Assembly: GCA_030390025.1 (NCBI GenBank) | Contig: CM059431.1 | Span: forward strand, 108,502,001-108,566,000 | Length of the DNA stretch: 64,000 bases | Source of the DNA: Squalus acanthias | Lineage: Eukaryota | Reading direction: 5' to 3' | Shown here: in pieces, positions 38,403-51,293 of the stretch | Numbering within the stretch: position 1 is the first letter of the stretch | Layout: every line of letters starts with the position of its first letter | Made by a program: the position numbers and the translations under genes | The notes under the pieces: generated by a model | Database searches by the model: none | What the model saw: only the letters and a program-made list of their open reading frames with translations | What the model was told of the DNA's origin: nothing

Positions 38403-38873
38403 AAAAAGAAAAGAAAGACTTGCATTTCTATAGCGCCTTTCACGACCTCAGGACATCCCAAAGCACTTTACAATCAATGTAGTACTTTTGAAGTGTAGTC
38501 ATTGTTGTAATGTAGGAAACACAGCAGCCAATTTGCGCACAGCAAGCTCCCACAAGCAGCAATGTGATAACGGCCAGATAATCTGTTTAGTGATGTTGGT
38601 TTTTGGATAAATATTGGCCAGGACACCAGGGATAACTCCCCCGCTCTTCTTCGAAATAGTGCCATGGGATTTTTTAGAGCCACCTGAGAGAGCAGGCGGG
38701 GCCTCAGTTTAACGTCTCATCTGAAAGACGGCGCCTCCGACAGTGCAGCACTCCCTCAGCACTGCACTGAGGTGTCAGCCTAGATTTATTGAGCTCAAAT
38801 CTAGGCAGTAGGACTTGAGCCCACAACCTTCTGACTCAGAGGCGAGAGTGCTACCAACTGAGCCATTGGCTGA
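38403..38873 (-). mobile_element. Full-length SacSINE1-like DeuSINE
   Basis: Colinear with 29797-30245. Confidence 0.9.
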
Positions 38874-41006
38874 TAATATCAAGACTTGGCTGGTGTTTAT
38901 CAATAAAGAATTTATCGTCTCTGCTTCAACATCGGTTTAAAAGCACAGAATTCCACATTCTCACCTCCCCTTTAATCCCTTTTGTTATTATCTTAAATTT
39001 GTGCTTCCTGTTCCCATCTGTAGAAACAGTGGGGTAGAAATTGGTATGCGTTGTGCCCGTTTTTCGAGTTTATAATGGACCCAAACAATACCAATTGAAT
39101 TGTGGGACGGCCTGTGCCCAATCTGCACAGGCATTGGCCCCATTGCTAAATTTGAGGAGACCATCTTTTAGGTGTCCCGGGGGATGCCTAAAATTAGCCT
39201 TAGGCCTAGTAAATATCTTAATGAGGGACCTAACACCTGCAGAAGGACCGCTGTGTGAAATTTGTTCCCAATGAGCGGGGCAGGCCACCAACAAGAGGTA
39301 AGGTTAATTTGTAGAAGTAACTGTATACGAAGACTAGAAAACTGAACACATCTGAATTTGATTGGTTCCGCTGGATTTATTGCAGTAGATAAGAACCTTA
39401 CAGTGCACATAAAATTCAGACCTGACTCCAAGAGGCAGTCTTGCAAGTTTTGTTATCTTCCGATTAAAATATGATCTTGTTTGAGTTTCTCTTACTGCAT
39501 GAGATTGTGGATGAAATCCTGTATATCAAGGACCAAATCTCGCATATTTTTCAAGCAAAACTCTGACTGTCCATCAGGGAATGCTTGAATATTAATCAAA
39601 TAAGCTTTGAGTGTCATTTGTGGAATTATGGAGCTTTCCTCAGAGGACTCTTTCAGTACCCTTCAGAGGAAAGCTATCCATTGGTCAATGTTCCTTGAAA
39701 TGACTGCTGGGAATCCTTGGCTATTGGTTATGGAATCCTGAATTGTCCATTAGGGAAGTCTTATGGAGGCAATTTTAACCCTACTCGCTCAGCAGAAACC
39801 TGGCGGGTGGGCAGTTAAAATCGCCCTGGCTCTTACCTGTCCGAGATGCCGCCATGTTTGCAACATCTGCAATTTTAACCTGCTCACCTGAGCAGGCAGC
39901 AAGGACACATGCCAACAGGGTCCTTCTTTACATATGCATGTTGCGGCCCGATGACATCATTGAGACCCGACTGTAATTTTATCTCAGGCCTGAGCGGGGA
40001 ATCTACCTGCAGTTAAAAGCCGAAGTGAAAAGACCTGTGGGTATATTTTTCACTGGCTGCTAATGCTAGTGTATGTATAATTTGCTTATTAGTAACCTGA
40101 GGGAAATATACATGTTGGAGTGAGAAATCTCCAAAAATGAAATTTTGGCTCCCCTTGTGACCCAATTGGTAAATGCACTACACCATTTGGAACTGACCTG
40201 TACAGACCAAAAAGGTCTCAGGGTCAATCCCCAGTCTATGCTGGGTTATCTGACCTCAGCTGCAACAGTGTTGGTGATGCTAGAATTAATCTAATCAAGT
40301 GTAGTGGCAGGACCGTTACAATTGGCTGCTGGATTAGGGAGGGTAAGAATCAGACAAAAATGGCCTCGGCTAGAAAGTGGCCATTGGGTAAGGATAGAAT
40401 CAGGTGAACAGCCTGCTAACACTCAATGTTCAAACACTCACATAAGATCCTGTATATCAAGGGGCAGGTCCTTTTGCACTGGAGATGATGCAAAAAAAGC
40501 TTTACATGGTTGATTGCAGAACTGAGAGGGTATAACTACCAGGAACGACTGAACAGGCTGGGGCTCTTTTCTCTAGAAAAGGGAAGGCTGAGGGGCGACA
40601 TAATAGGGGCCTTTAAAATTATGAAGGGGTTTGATAGGGTCGACATAGAGAAGATGGGCTGAATTTTAATGGGGAAGGTGGAATGGGAACGGGGGTGGGG
40701 GGCTTCGACTCGGTCGGGAAGCCCGGGAGAACGAATTTTCCGCGTGCCCTGCTGAATTTAACGGCAGGGCCTGATTTGCATGGGAAGCCTCTGTTTCCCA
40801 CCGGCAGCCAGCCAGATTGAGAGGCTGGCTGGGTCCGGGCTGGTAGGTCTGCGGCACTAGACAGCAGAGAGGAGAGAGGCAGGGATTGTATGAGGGCCAG
40901 GGTTGGCTGGAGGAGCGGGGCGGGGGTGATCACAAGAAGATGGGGGATGGCCGGAGGAGTGGGGGTGTGGGGTCCGAAGTGGATCGGGGGCCAGGGACCA
41001 GGGGAG

Positions 41007-41972
41007 TGTAGAATCGATTCCTCCCCCTCAACGGTAAAAATATTGGACTATGAAATATAAAAACCCAGAAGTGCACAGCCTGTAAAAAGGGCTCGGCAAT
41101 AAAGGGTTAATTCAAACATTGCAGCCAAAACTACGAACCTTCAAGAGACTGGATCACAGACAATCTAATATACGAATCTAAAGTCTGAACAAGAACATCT
41201 GCATATTCATGTACCTTAAGGGGTTACATTGTCCACCTTAGACCATGGCCCCCGAATAACCAGTTTCAGTGCAGGCCTAGACAATGGGCCAGGCCTTGAA
41301 CCTTTTGAATATGAATTCTAACAGAAACCAACAGCTTCGCACATGCAGTCACTTTGGGAGGGTTACATTGTCAAAAAGATATCTCAAATCAATGGACAAT
41401 ACCAGGAACAATTCACACATTTTGATATGGCCATCATATGCTCAGGAAGGGACCAGGAAATACTGCAAGTTGGTTTTGGTTTAAAGTTAGATCACTTCGA
41501 AGACAGTGGGTGGGAAGCCGACGGCAGAACAGCGAACAGAAAGATTCGGGCCTACAATCAACTCCAAGAGACAGCCGATTGGGAGTGGTGATTGTATGTT
41601 TCGGCCAAATCATAGAGGGGGCTTTTATGATTGAGTCTGAGTAAGTTTGTGAGTTTCAGTCAGATCACAATAAGGGTTTTGTGATTGAGTCTGGGTAACT
41701 TTATATGTAACAGTCAAATCGCGGACGGGTTTCACTGTGTCATATTGTGTCGATGCAAATGACCCTTGCGTAGGGGTTTGTATTTTGGGGTTGTTAGCCT
41801 GATATAAATCGTAGGGATTTATACTGGGGAAGTAATTGTGTGTGTGTGTTCAATAAACAAACGAATCAAAGGATGAGCAAAAACCCTGTGCCGTGTGTAT
41901 TTTGTTCTTATAAATCATGATGTCCAAGAACTGTGTGTAACGGGGGACCAGTATCGGAGAAAACCCCTTATA
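41007..41972 (+). mobile_element. Solo LTR (966 bp) nested in the Harbinger-type element
   Basis: TGTA...TATA (CA>TA) ends, near-TSD GGAG/GGAA, TATAAA near 41803, AATAAA near 41852; sharp compositional break from G-rich flanks. Confidence 0.7.
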
Positions 41973-42254
41973 GGAAGGCGGCCGGAGGAGGATGGGGGGG
42001 AGTCCGAAGAGGACCAGGGGCCACCGGGGGAGGGTGGGGGGGCGGCCGGAGGAGGATTATGCACGGGGGTCCGAAGAGGATCGGCTGCTGGGGAGCGGCC
42101 GGAGGATCAGGGGGGTGGGTTGTGTACAGATCGCGGGCTCGGAGGAGCACGGAGGTGGGTGTGTGTGTGTCTAGAGATCACGGGCTGGAGGAGTGGGGTG
42201 GGGGGGGGGGCGGAGGAGCATGGGTTGTGGGGGGAGGCCTTGTTGTGGGGTTTG

Positions 42255-42712
42255 GCGGGACTGTCGTATGAGAAGAGATTGAGTAAACTTGGCCTGTATT
42301 CCCTTGAATTCAGAAGAATGAGAGGGGATCTCATTGAAGCATACAAAATTATTACAGGGCTTGATAGGATGGATGCTGGGAGAATGTTTCCCTTGGCTGG
42401 GGAGTCTAGAACCAGGGGCCACAGCCTCAAGATAAAGGGTAGGCCATTCAGGACTGAGATGAGGAGAAATTTCTTCACACAGAGAGTGGAGAATCTTTGG
42501 ATTACTCTACCCCAGAGGGCTGTGGAGGCTTAGTCATTGGGTATATTCAAAACAGAAGTGGATAGATTTCTGACTAGTAAGGGCATCAAGGGATATGGCG
42601 ATAAGGCCGGTGAATGGAGTTGAGGCAGAGGATCAGCCATTATCTCATGGAATGGCGGAGCAGGCTCGAAGTGCCGAATGGCCTACTCCTGCTCCTATTT
42701 CTTATGTTCTTA
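42255..42712 (+). mobile_element. CR1 3' fragment nested in the Harbinger-type element
   Basis: GLSYEKRLSKLGLYSLEFRRMRGDLIEAYK, ending in a ttcttatg tail. Confidence 0.88.
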
Positions 42713-43791
42713 TGGAGGCCTGGGGGGAGGGTCTCTGATCATGGGGGGTGGGTTAGGCAGGGACAATGGATCCAGGGCACTTACCTCCTGAATCCAGCAG
42801 TCCTCGCCTTGCCTTAGCTGGCGGTTTTCACGAGGCCTGCAAAACTCAAGTAGCTAAAGTTAAATACAAAATGGAGGTTAAAGCAGAGGTTTCCATCCTC
42901 ATTATAATATTTAAATAGATGACCCGCCTCCTGGCAGTGGATTGGCTGCCCGCCCCATCCCACCTCCGTTATAACTGGAAGTGGGCGGGTTGGAGGCGGG
43001 TTCAGTTCAGGATTCACATTTTTAACACTTTAACTTCCCACATGCCCCCAACACACCCGTTTTTTTAGGTTAAATTTGGAGGAGTCCAAAACTAGGGGCC
43101 ATAAATATAAGATAGTCACTAATAAACCCAATTAGAAATTCCAAGAGAAACTTCTTTACCCAGAGAGTGGTGAGAATGTGGAACTCGCTACCACAGGGAG
43201 TGGTTGAGGCGAATAGCATAGATGTATTTAAGGGGAAGTTAGAGAAGTACATGAGGGAGAAAGGAATAGAAGGGTATGCTGATAGGGTGAGATGAAGTAG
43301 AGTGGGAGGAGGCTCGTATGGAGCAGAACAACCAGCACAGACCAGTTGGGCTGAATGGCCTGTTTCTGTGCTGTACATTCTACGTAATCCTAAGTAATCA
43401 TAGAGCGGTATGGATGAGGAAAGACATTCAGCCCATTTTAGCTCATTTATCCAAAATTAATCTATAGTTTTCTGATCACACCAACCATTTGTGTCTTAAA
43501 TGACTGTAGAATTTGTTTCCTTTGATACCTTATGTAGAAGGCATTCCACATATTGTTCACAATGTTTCTTAATGAGTTCCCGGCATCAGTCTTAAACTTG
43601 CCTTTGCTACTTTGAACCTACCCCCCTGTTCTACTGTGATGGTTTATTTGCCAGTAGCATTTCTTTTGATCCTTTTCTGCACAGTTTACTGTCTTATGTA
43701 CCTCTGTGAAGTCCCCTCTCAATTACCTCCTCTTATAGCTAAGAGTTCAACTTTTTCCAGTCTTCCCTCGCAACTCAGTTCCCTGACACTA

Positions 43792-44262
43792 AAAGAAAAA
43801 AAGAAAGAACTGACATTTCTATAGCGCCTTTCACAACCTCAGGACGTCTCAAAGTGCTTTACAGCCAATGAAGTACTTTTGAAGTGTAGTCACTGTTGTA
43901 ATGTAGGAAATGCAGCAGCCAATTGGTGCACAGCAAGCTCCCACAAACAGCAATGTGATAATGACCAGATCATCTGTTTCAGTGATGTTGATTGAGGGAT
44001 AAATGTTGGCCAGGACACCAGCGATAACTCCCCTGCTCTTCTTCGAAATAGTGGCCATGGGATCTTTTACGTCCACCTGATAGAGCAGACGGGGCCTCGG
44101 ATTAACGTCTCATCCAAAAAACGGCACGTCCGACAGTGCAGCACTCCCTCAGCACTGCACAGGAGTGTCAGCCTAGATTTTTGTGCTCAAGTCTCCGGAG
44201 TGGGACTTGAACCCACAACCTTCTGAATCAGAAGAATGAAAGTATCACACACTGAACCACAC
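43792..44262 (-). mobile_element. SacSINE1-like DeuSINE, followed by a plus-strand SINE tail (44265-44392)
   Basis: Colinear with the other copies. Confidence 0.88.
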
Positions 44263-44391
44263 TGTTTGTGGGACAATGCTGTGCGCAATCTGGCTCCTGC
44301 ATTTCCTACATTACAACAGTGACTACACTTCAAAAATACTTCATTGGCTGTAAAGCACTTTGGGACGTCCTGAGACTGTGAAAGGCGCTAT

Positions 44392-45673
44392 AGGCATGGA
44401 TTGAAAATTGGTTAACAGACAGGAAACAGAGAGTCGGAATAAATGGGTCTTTTCGGGGTGGCAGGCGGTGACTAGTGGGGTACCGCAGGGATCAATGCTT
44501 GGGCCCCAGCTATTCACAATATATATCAATGATTTGGATGAGGGGACCAAATGTAATATTTCCAAAATAACAACAGAAAACGCTAGAAAAACTCAGCTGG
44601 CGAGGCAGCATCCGTGGAGAGAGAAACAGAGTTAACGTTTCAGGTCGAAGACCTTTCGTCAGAACTGGAAATAGCAGGAAATGGAATAGATTTAAGGCAA
44701 GGATAAAGAAGTATTTTGCTATTGTAATATTTCCAAGTTTGCTGACAACACGAAATTAGGAGGGATTGTGAGTTGTGAGGAGGATGTAAAGAGGCTTCAA
44801 GGTGATTTAGACAAGTTGAGTGAGTGGGCAAATACATGGCAGATGCAGTATAACGTGGATAAATGCGAAGTTATTCACTTCGGTACGTAAAACTGAAAGG
44901 CAGAGTATTATTTAAATGGTGATAGATTGGGAAATGTTGATGTACAAAGGGACCTGGGTGTCCTTGTACACCAGTCACTGAAAGCAAACATGCAGGTGCA
45001 GCAAGCAGTTAGGAAGGCAAATGGTATGTTGGCCTTCATTGCAAGAGAATTTGAGTACAGGAGCAAGGATGTCTTACTACAGTTATACAGGGCCTTGGTG
45101 AGACCACACCTGGAGTACTGTGTGCAGTTTTGGTCTCCTTACCTAAGAAAGGATATACTTGCCATAGAGGGAATGCAGCGAAGGTTCACCAGACTAATTC
45201 CTGGGATGGCAGGACTGTCGTATGAGGAGAGATTGGGTCGACTAGGCCTGTATTCACTAGAGTTTAGAAGAATGAGAGGGGATCTCATTGAAACGTATAA
45301 AAGTTTGACAGGGCTAGACAGACTGGATGCAGGGAGGATGTTTCCCCTGGCTGGGGGGTCTAGAACGAGGGGTCACAGTCTCAGGATACGGGGTAGGACA
45401 TTTAGGACTGAGATGAGGAGAAATTTCTTCAATCAGAGGGTGGTGAACCTGTGGAATTCTCTACCACAGAAGGCTGTGGAGGCCAAGTCACTGAATATAT
45501 TTAAGAAGGAGATAGATAGATTTCTAGACTCAAAAGGCATCAAGGAGTATGGGGAGAGAGCGGGAATATGGTATTGAGATAATGGATCAGCCATGATCAT
45601 ATTGAGTGGCGGAGCAGGCTCGAAGGGCCGAATGGCCTACTCCTGCTCCTATTTTTCTATGTTTCTATGTTTC
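44392..45673 (+). mobile_element. Young 5'-truncated CR1 LINE
   Basis: ORFs 44408 ([11 protein letters not shown]) and 44927-45577 (LYRALVRPHLEYCVQFWSP); (ttctatgt)n tail. Confidence 0.93.
44566..44722 (-). mobile_element. Penelope-like pLTR fragment (family 1) with hammerhead motif at 44630-44666, inserted in CR1
   Basis: 14-bp TSD TGTAATATTTCCAA (44552-44565, 44723-44736); the homologous CR1 near 53.14 kb lacks the insert. Confidence 0.88.
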
Positions 45674-45960
45674 TTAATTCTTCTTTAATGCACATCACGT
45701 GCCTTTCTGATCAGAATTTTGGCAGGAGCAGGGAGCTCCAGCCTGAAACATAGCCCCAATTATATCTATAGCCTGAAACAGGCAGGAGCTTAATTGTAAC
45801 ATGTTAAAATTAGTCTGATATCATTTAATTATTTACGCAATTTCCCAGATTACATCAGATGTACAGTGTTTCCTCAATTAGCCCATATGAAATAGGTGCC
45901 CAGGATTGTTCGAGGTTGTGCTAGCTGTGGAAGTCATTTAAGGGAATCTGTAGCAGTATA

Positions 45961-46184
45961 CATGATGCGGAGATGCCGGTGTTGGACTGGGGTGGACAAA
46001 AGTGAGAAGTCGCACAACACCAGGTTATAGTCCAACAGTTTTATTTGAAATCACAAGCTTTCGGAGCGCTGCTCCTTCGTCAGGTGAAGACTTCACCTGA
46101 CGAAGGAGCAGCGCTCCGAAAGCTTGTGATTTCAAATAAAACTGTTGGACTATAACCTGGTGTTGTGCGACTTCTCACTTTTGT
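45961..46184. mobile_element. Penelope-like palindromic pLTR insertion (family 2)
   Basis: Perfect 94-bp inverted arms (45996-46089, 46091-46184), 35-nt tail (45961-45995), TSD AGCAGTATA (45952-45960, 46185-46193). Confidence 0.9.
46093..46129 (+). ncRNA. Minimal hammerhead ribozyme-like motif (mirror copy on the minus strand at 46051-46087)
   Basis: TCAC-CTGACGA-A-GGAGC-AGC-GCTCC-GAAA-GCTT-GTGA: stem I, core, stem II and palindromic AAGCTT in place of stem III. Confidence 0.7.
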
Positions 46185-46534
46185 AGCAGTATAATTAGAG
46201 GTTTGTAGGAGGCTTTCCAAGACTTTTTGCGGGGGTTTTTTGCCAGCTGTTTTTTGGCTACTCGGTGCAAAGGTTTTGTGCCACCAGTTCCTGCATTGCC
46301 ATGTTTTGCTTTAATGTTATCAATTGGGACAATAGTTTCCCCAAGGGGATCTCACTATATTAGTTTTCTCGACAAAGAGAAAGAGGATGAATGGAGGTAC
46401 ATTCCCTCAGCATGTCCTTTAATCTGTCCTGGAGAAAACAACTGGGTAGGAACTAGATCACTGAAGCCGTATGTTAGGACTCTCTCTGACCACCCAGTAG
46501 GTTGAATCCAAAGAAGAGAGACTGGAACAAAAGT

Positions 46535-47092
46535 ATTACGTAGGATTACATACATAGGATATACAGCACAGAAACAGGCCATTCGGCCCAACCAGTCCAT
46601 GCCGGCGTTTATGCTACACATGAGCCTCCTCCCGTCTTTCCTCATCTAACTCTATCAGCATAACCTTCTATTCCCTTCTCCCTCATATGCTTATCTAGCT
46701 TCAACAACTCCCTGTGGTAGCGAGTTCCACATTCTCACCACTCTCTGGGTAAAGAAGTTCCTTCTGAATTCCCTATTTGATTTCTTGGTGACTATCTTAT
46801 ACTGATAGCCTCTAGTTTTGCTTTGCCACACAAGTGGAAACATTCTCTCTGTATCTGCTCTTAGCAAAATCTTTCAGAATTTTAAAGACCTCTATTAGGC
46901 TCAGCCTTCTCTTTTCAAGAGAAAAGAGACCCAGCCTGTTCATCCTTTCCTGATAGGTATACCCTCGCATTTCTGGTATCATCCTTGTAAATCTTTTTTG
47001 CACCCACTCCAGTGCCTCTATATTCTTTCTATAATAGGACGGCCAGAATTGTACGCAGTACTCCAAATGTGGTCTAACCAGGGTTTGATACA
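46535..47092 (-). mobile_element. CR1 3' fragment
   Basis: ORF 46812-47066 EYCVQFWPSYYRKNIEALEWVQKRFTRMIP. Confidence 0.88.
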
Positions 47093-47844
47093 GAGTGCAA
47101 GGTTTCTATAACCCCAAAGAGAGGAATCATTATAGAAACTTCACTTGGACTTAGGCCCTTTGTCACTGCTGTAGATGGTCCTGTAGAGACCATTTGCCCC
47201 ACAATGCACTGGGTTACGCACAAGTGTAGCTAATGGATTTCTTCATTGTCACTCCCAAAATTTGCAGTTTATTTGGCACACAGTCAAATGACTGTATGAA
47301 TCCTACATGCTTATATATGAGGTTTTATTTGTGAGCAACCCTGTGAGGTCCCAATCCATGAAAGAAGATTCCACCTGACCCTTCACTCAGCAGGTTCCTG
47401 CTCCTCTACTGCCATTACACTTGCTCCTCCTCACTCGAGCTCTGTGACTCACCCAGTACCCGCTCCTGCAACTCATTAAATGAACCTCCACCCACCACAC
47501 TCCCCCCCTGCCCCCATCCCAGGATGGCTGTATCTGCACTGGTGCTATGTACTGTTGGAGTGAGTGATACAGGGCGTTGTGAGGGTCAGGGGGATAGAGC
47601 AGAGGTTGATCCTCTAGTGTTGCTCCTACTCTTGAATACCTACAGGTTCAGAAGAAGATATATTAGAATGTTGACAGCAAGCCATCCCTGCAAACAGAGC
47701 TTACATGGCAAGATATTTTGTGTTATTCTGTTGCACTGAAGTATTAGCCTGTGTGTCAGTGAGTAGCGGGAGAAAGAATATTAACCAAAGGATGATAAAA
47801 GTGCTAAATTTGGGTAAGGCTTCTGACCTCAATCTCCCCAACTT

Positions 47845-48385
47845 TCCACCATCTACAAGGCACAAGCCAGGAGTGTGATGGAATACTCTCCACTTGCCTG
47901 GATGAGTGCAGCTCCAACAACACTCAAGAAGCTCGACACCATCCAAGACAAAGCAGCCCGCTTGATTGGCACCCCATCCACCACCTTTAACACTCACTCC
48001 CTCCACCACTGGCGTACCGTGGCTGCAGTGTGTACCATCTACAAGATACACTGCAGCAACTCACCAAGGCTTCTTTGGCAGCACCTCCCAAACCCGCGAC
48101 CTCTTCCACCTAGAAGGGCAAGGGCAGCAGGCGCATGGGAACACCACCACCTCCAAGTTCCCCTCCAAGTCACACACCATCCTGACTTAGAAGTATATCG
48201 CCGATCCTTCATCGTCGCTGGGTCAAAATCCTGGAACTCCCTCCCTAACAGCAGTGTGGGAGTCCCTTCACCACACAGACTGCAGCAGTTCAAGAAGGCA
48301 GCTCACCACCACCTTGTCAAGGGCAATTAGGGATGGGCATTAAATGCTGGCCTTGCCAGCGACGCCCACATCCCATAAACAAATG
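47845..48385 (+). mobile_element. LINE family A 3' end
   Basis: ORF 47875-48330 (MEYSPLAWMSAAPTTLKK...) continues where the 58-1581 ORF is cut off. Confidence 0.9.
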
Positions 48386-48548
48386 TAAAACAAAACTCCC
48401 TCAATGCCTTCCAGCCCCAGGATTTGGAGAGCCATCTCCTCATAGGGAGGACAACAGCTGGAAACTGAACTCTCTGTTCCACAAGTGTTCCCAGCTATTA
48501 GCTGGTATGAAACGTACAAAGGTTAGAATTTGGAAGAGCAGAGACAGT

Positions 48549-49264
48549 GGCCCAAAAATTAGACCTCGCGTATTAGGTCCCGAAGTGCCGGTTTCCTGCA
48601 TGCACTGCGCATGCGCGGGAAACCGGCACTTTGGGTATTGCGAAGGGGGCAGTTCCTAAGTGAACCGCGTGCGCGCTACAGGTTGTGCGCACGCAGCGCA
48701 CTTAGTTTTTTTTTCAGGTTTGAACGCGCAGGTAAGTGTTTAAGATTTTACACATAAAGAAAGCAGGCGTAAGACACCCTTTTAACAAGGTAAGTAGTTA
48801 ATTAAGTATTTTAAAAAATTTTCAACAGGTTTATCTTTTTTAGAGACTTTAAAGAAAGGTAAGTTTATTTTTATAACTTTTAAAAAGAATTTAAATTTTT
48901 GTTTAAAGTGGTTAATTTATTTAACTATAGTTATTTTATTAATGTGATGGCTTTTAAAAAAAATTTAATTGAGGTTTAGCTGTTCTTTTGGGGGCTTGTT
49001 GTATTCATAGTTTTGACAGCACTTGCTGTCAAAACTATGAATGAAAGATGGCGTGCTGCCATTGGCTCTAACTGGCCCACGTGATCCCAGAGGTCGCATC
49101 GAATTAACTGCGCCTCTGGGACACGCACACACTGCGCGCCGGCACCAGGGAGAGGCCCAGGACCAGAAGTTCGTGTGGGCCAAAACCATAAAGGTAGGCG
49201 CGGAGTGCGATATCGCGGGGGATCCTTACCCCCGTGGCAACCATCGAACTCCAATTTCTGGGTC
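48549..49264. mobile_element. Harbinger-type MITE (same family as 53742-54491)
   Basis: GGCCCAAAAATT / AATTTCTGGGTC TIRs; internal palindrome gtgccggtttcctgcatgc...gcatgcgcgggaaaccggcac. Confidence 0.8.
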
Positions 49265-51293
49265 ATTGTCACCCAAGTGCCGAATCGACATGCCAACCTG
49301 TGTGAATCCAGGAACATGCAGTGTGTAAGTAGCTTATCTTGGCCTCATGTTTGATGGTCCTAAGTTGCAAGATTTATGTCATTAGAAGCATTTTTCTATG
49401 CTGGCAATAAAGTAGGCCCTGCAGCAACATAGGCATGCAAACATGTGTCAACCAGCTGAAAGGTTGCCTGAGTGATTTGAATGCCATCTCCGTGAAGCAG
49501 TGCCAAGATGAAGAATAAACTTTTGTTGGCATTCATCATAAGGCTATATACTAAGCATAGGAAAGTGTGGGTAATCTTACCCTGGCAATCTTCATGAATC
49601 CAAAATAACTTTTACACACCTGCTCGCCTGATTTATGGATGTTGGAGAGTGCACTGGTTTGCTTAGCCCCTTCCACCCGGCATTTTGAGCTGTACCCCTG
49701 ATAACAGGCTGTTCCCCAGCTCCAAAGAGGGCACTCCTTCATTGCAGCACCTCCTGGAGTAACACCTCCAGGGCAGCTTCCTTCAAAAGGGGCAGTCCTA
49801 CTCCCAGCTCTGGTTGCTGCCAGCCTGAACTGCTGTCAGCAAACTCTTCAAATTAGCAATACGCAGCTCATCTGAAGCTGAAGCAGTGATCCTTTAAGAG
49901 CTGATGGCTAGTTGTCTATATCACCCGCATGCTCAGCCGGTCCCTGCAGAGTAGCCAATCTGCACGGGGAACAAAACACCATGAAGCCATCTCTCCATGC
50001 TGCTCATGAGTGATGCTTTGTGATAGGCCCAATTCTGTAATGAGGCCGCATAATTAGCTCAACTAAGAGTAGGGCATTGTGTGAAATAGGAACTTGCTCC
50101 TGACAGGTAAATTGTACATCATAACAAGCTGTGCCATTCTAAAACTTAAATGGTATTTTATTAAATCTAACTGCAGAAATCACACTCTTTTGCAGTAATC
50201 AAGGGTTCATAAGCATGTCTTGTGCTGTTTCAGCATTATAAAGCATGTGTGATCCCGCAGTTCTACTGTTTTTATTTAGTGTGAGATGGTGTGTGGTCTA
50301 TCAATTGCACAATGGAACAGTCAGTGAAATGTGAGGTGCAGTAGTCATGCTCAGTGTCACTGGACAGAGAGTGGGAGAGAAGGCATTTCCACTTTCCAGT
50401 AGACAGCCATGAATTTGGCTTCCATGGGTCTTTTACAATTATTCCTTTGTGGCATGATCTCTTGTACCTCTCTCTATCACATGTAAGCATGAGAATCAGA
50501 TAGGCGATGTTAAAACAACTAGTTTTAATTCGGCTACGAAGATAGTTTCAACAAGCCCAGGCCAACACATCTAGTTAGACTATCAAATCAACAAGCTACT
50601 TAGAAATAGGAATCGTCTTAGGAAACAGAAGGGGCTGAATTTCCTTGCCTGTTTCCGTGCACTTCCCATGCAGGAACGGCGTAGGAATTTCCTTCATTGT
50701 CGCTGGATCATAATCCTGTAAATCACCGCCTAACAGCATTGTGGGGGCACTATCGCCACAGGGACTGCAACAGTTCAAGAAGGCGGCCCATCACCACCTT
50801 CTCAGGGCAGCTATTGATGGGCAATGCATGCAGTCTTGTCTATGTCATCCACATCCAAGGATAAAACTGAAAGAAAAGAAAGACAAGTTAATTACATCTG
50901 AGGCAATTGCCACCCTTGTCCAAGAAGCAGATGTCACAAGAGATACGCTTTCACCACCTTTGCTTCGCGAGAGGGACAGTTGCTGAACTATACCATCACC
51001 TTAAGCCAGCTCCTTACCCTGGCCTCCAGAAAAATTCCACCACTAAGGCAGCTCTGTCTATTGGCTCTAAAGCCAGCCACAGCATCGACGTTCTGTCCCA
51101 TCACAGAGGACATTTGGCAAATGTCAATCGTCTGTGCATCAAACAAACAACAAAAGATTTTCATTACTTTCCCAGTTTAAAAGGAGGGAGGAGCATGTGA
51201 GGACACAACACTTTTACCAGATGGCTGCTTTATCTAAAGTAGAGGATCTCATAGAGGTCACGCATGTGTCTTTCCATGACATAACCTACAGCC

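Larger units (their letters stand above)
40515..43395 (+). mobile_element. CR1 3' fragment (40515-40655 plus 43078-43395) split by a G-rich Harbinger-type element (40656 to about 43077)
   Basis: CR1 sequence gacatagagaagat| ... |ggaggagtccaaaactaggggcc rejoins; insert starts GGGCTGAATTTTAA. Confidence 0.75.

Noticed and set aside
41895..42533. 212-aa ORF
   Set aside because: Artefactual fusion of LTR end, G-rich MITE and CR1 fragment.
50880..51120. Myb-like peptide EAIATLVQEADVTRDTLSPP
   Set aside because: Too decayed to delimit; probably another old Harbinger relic.
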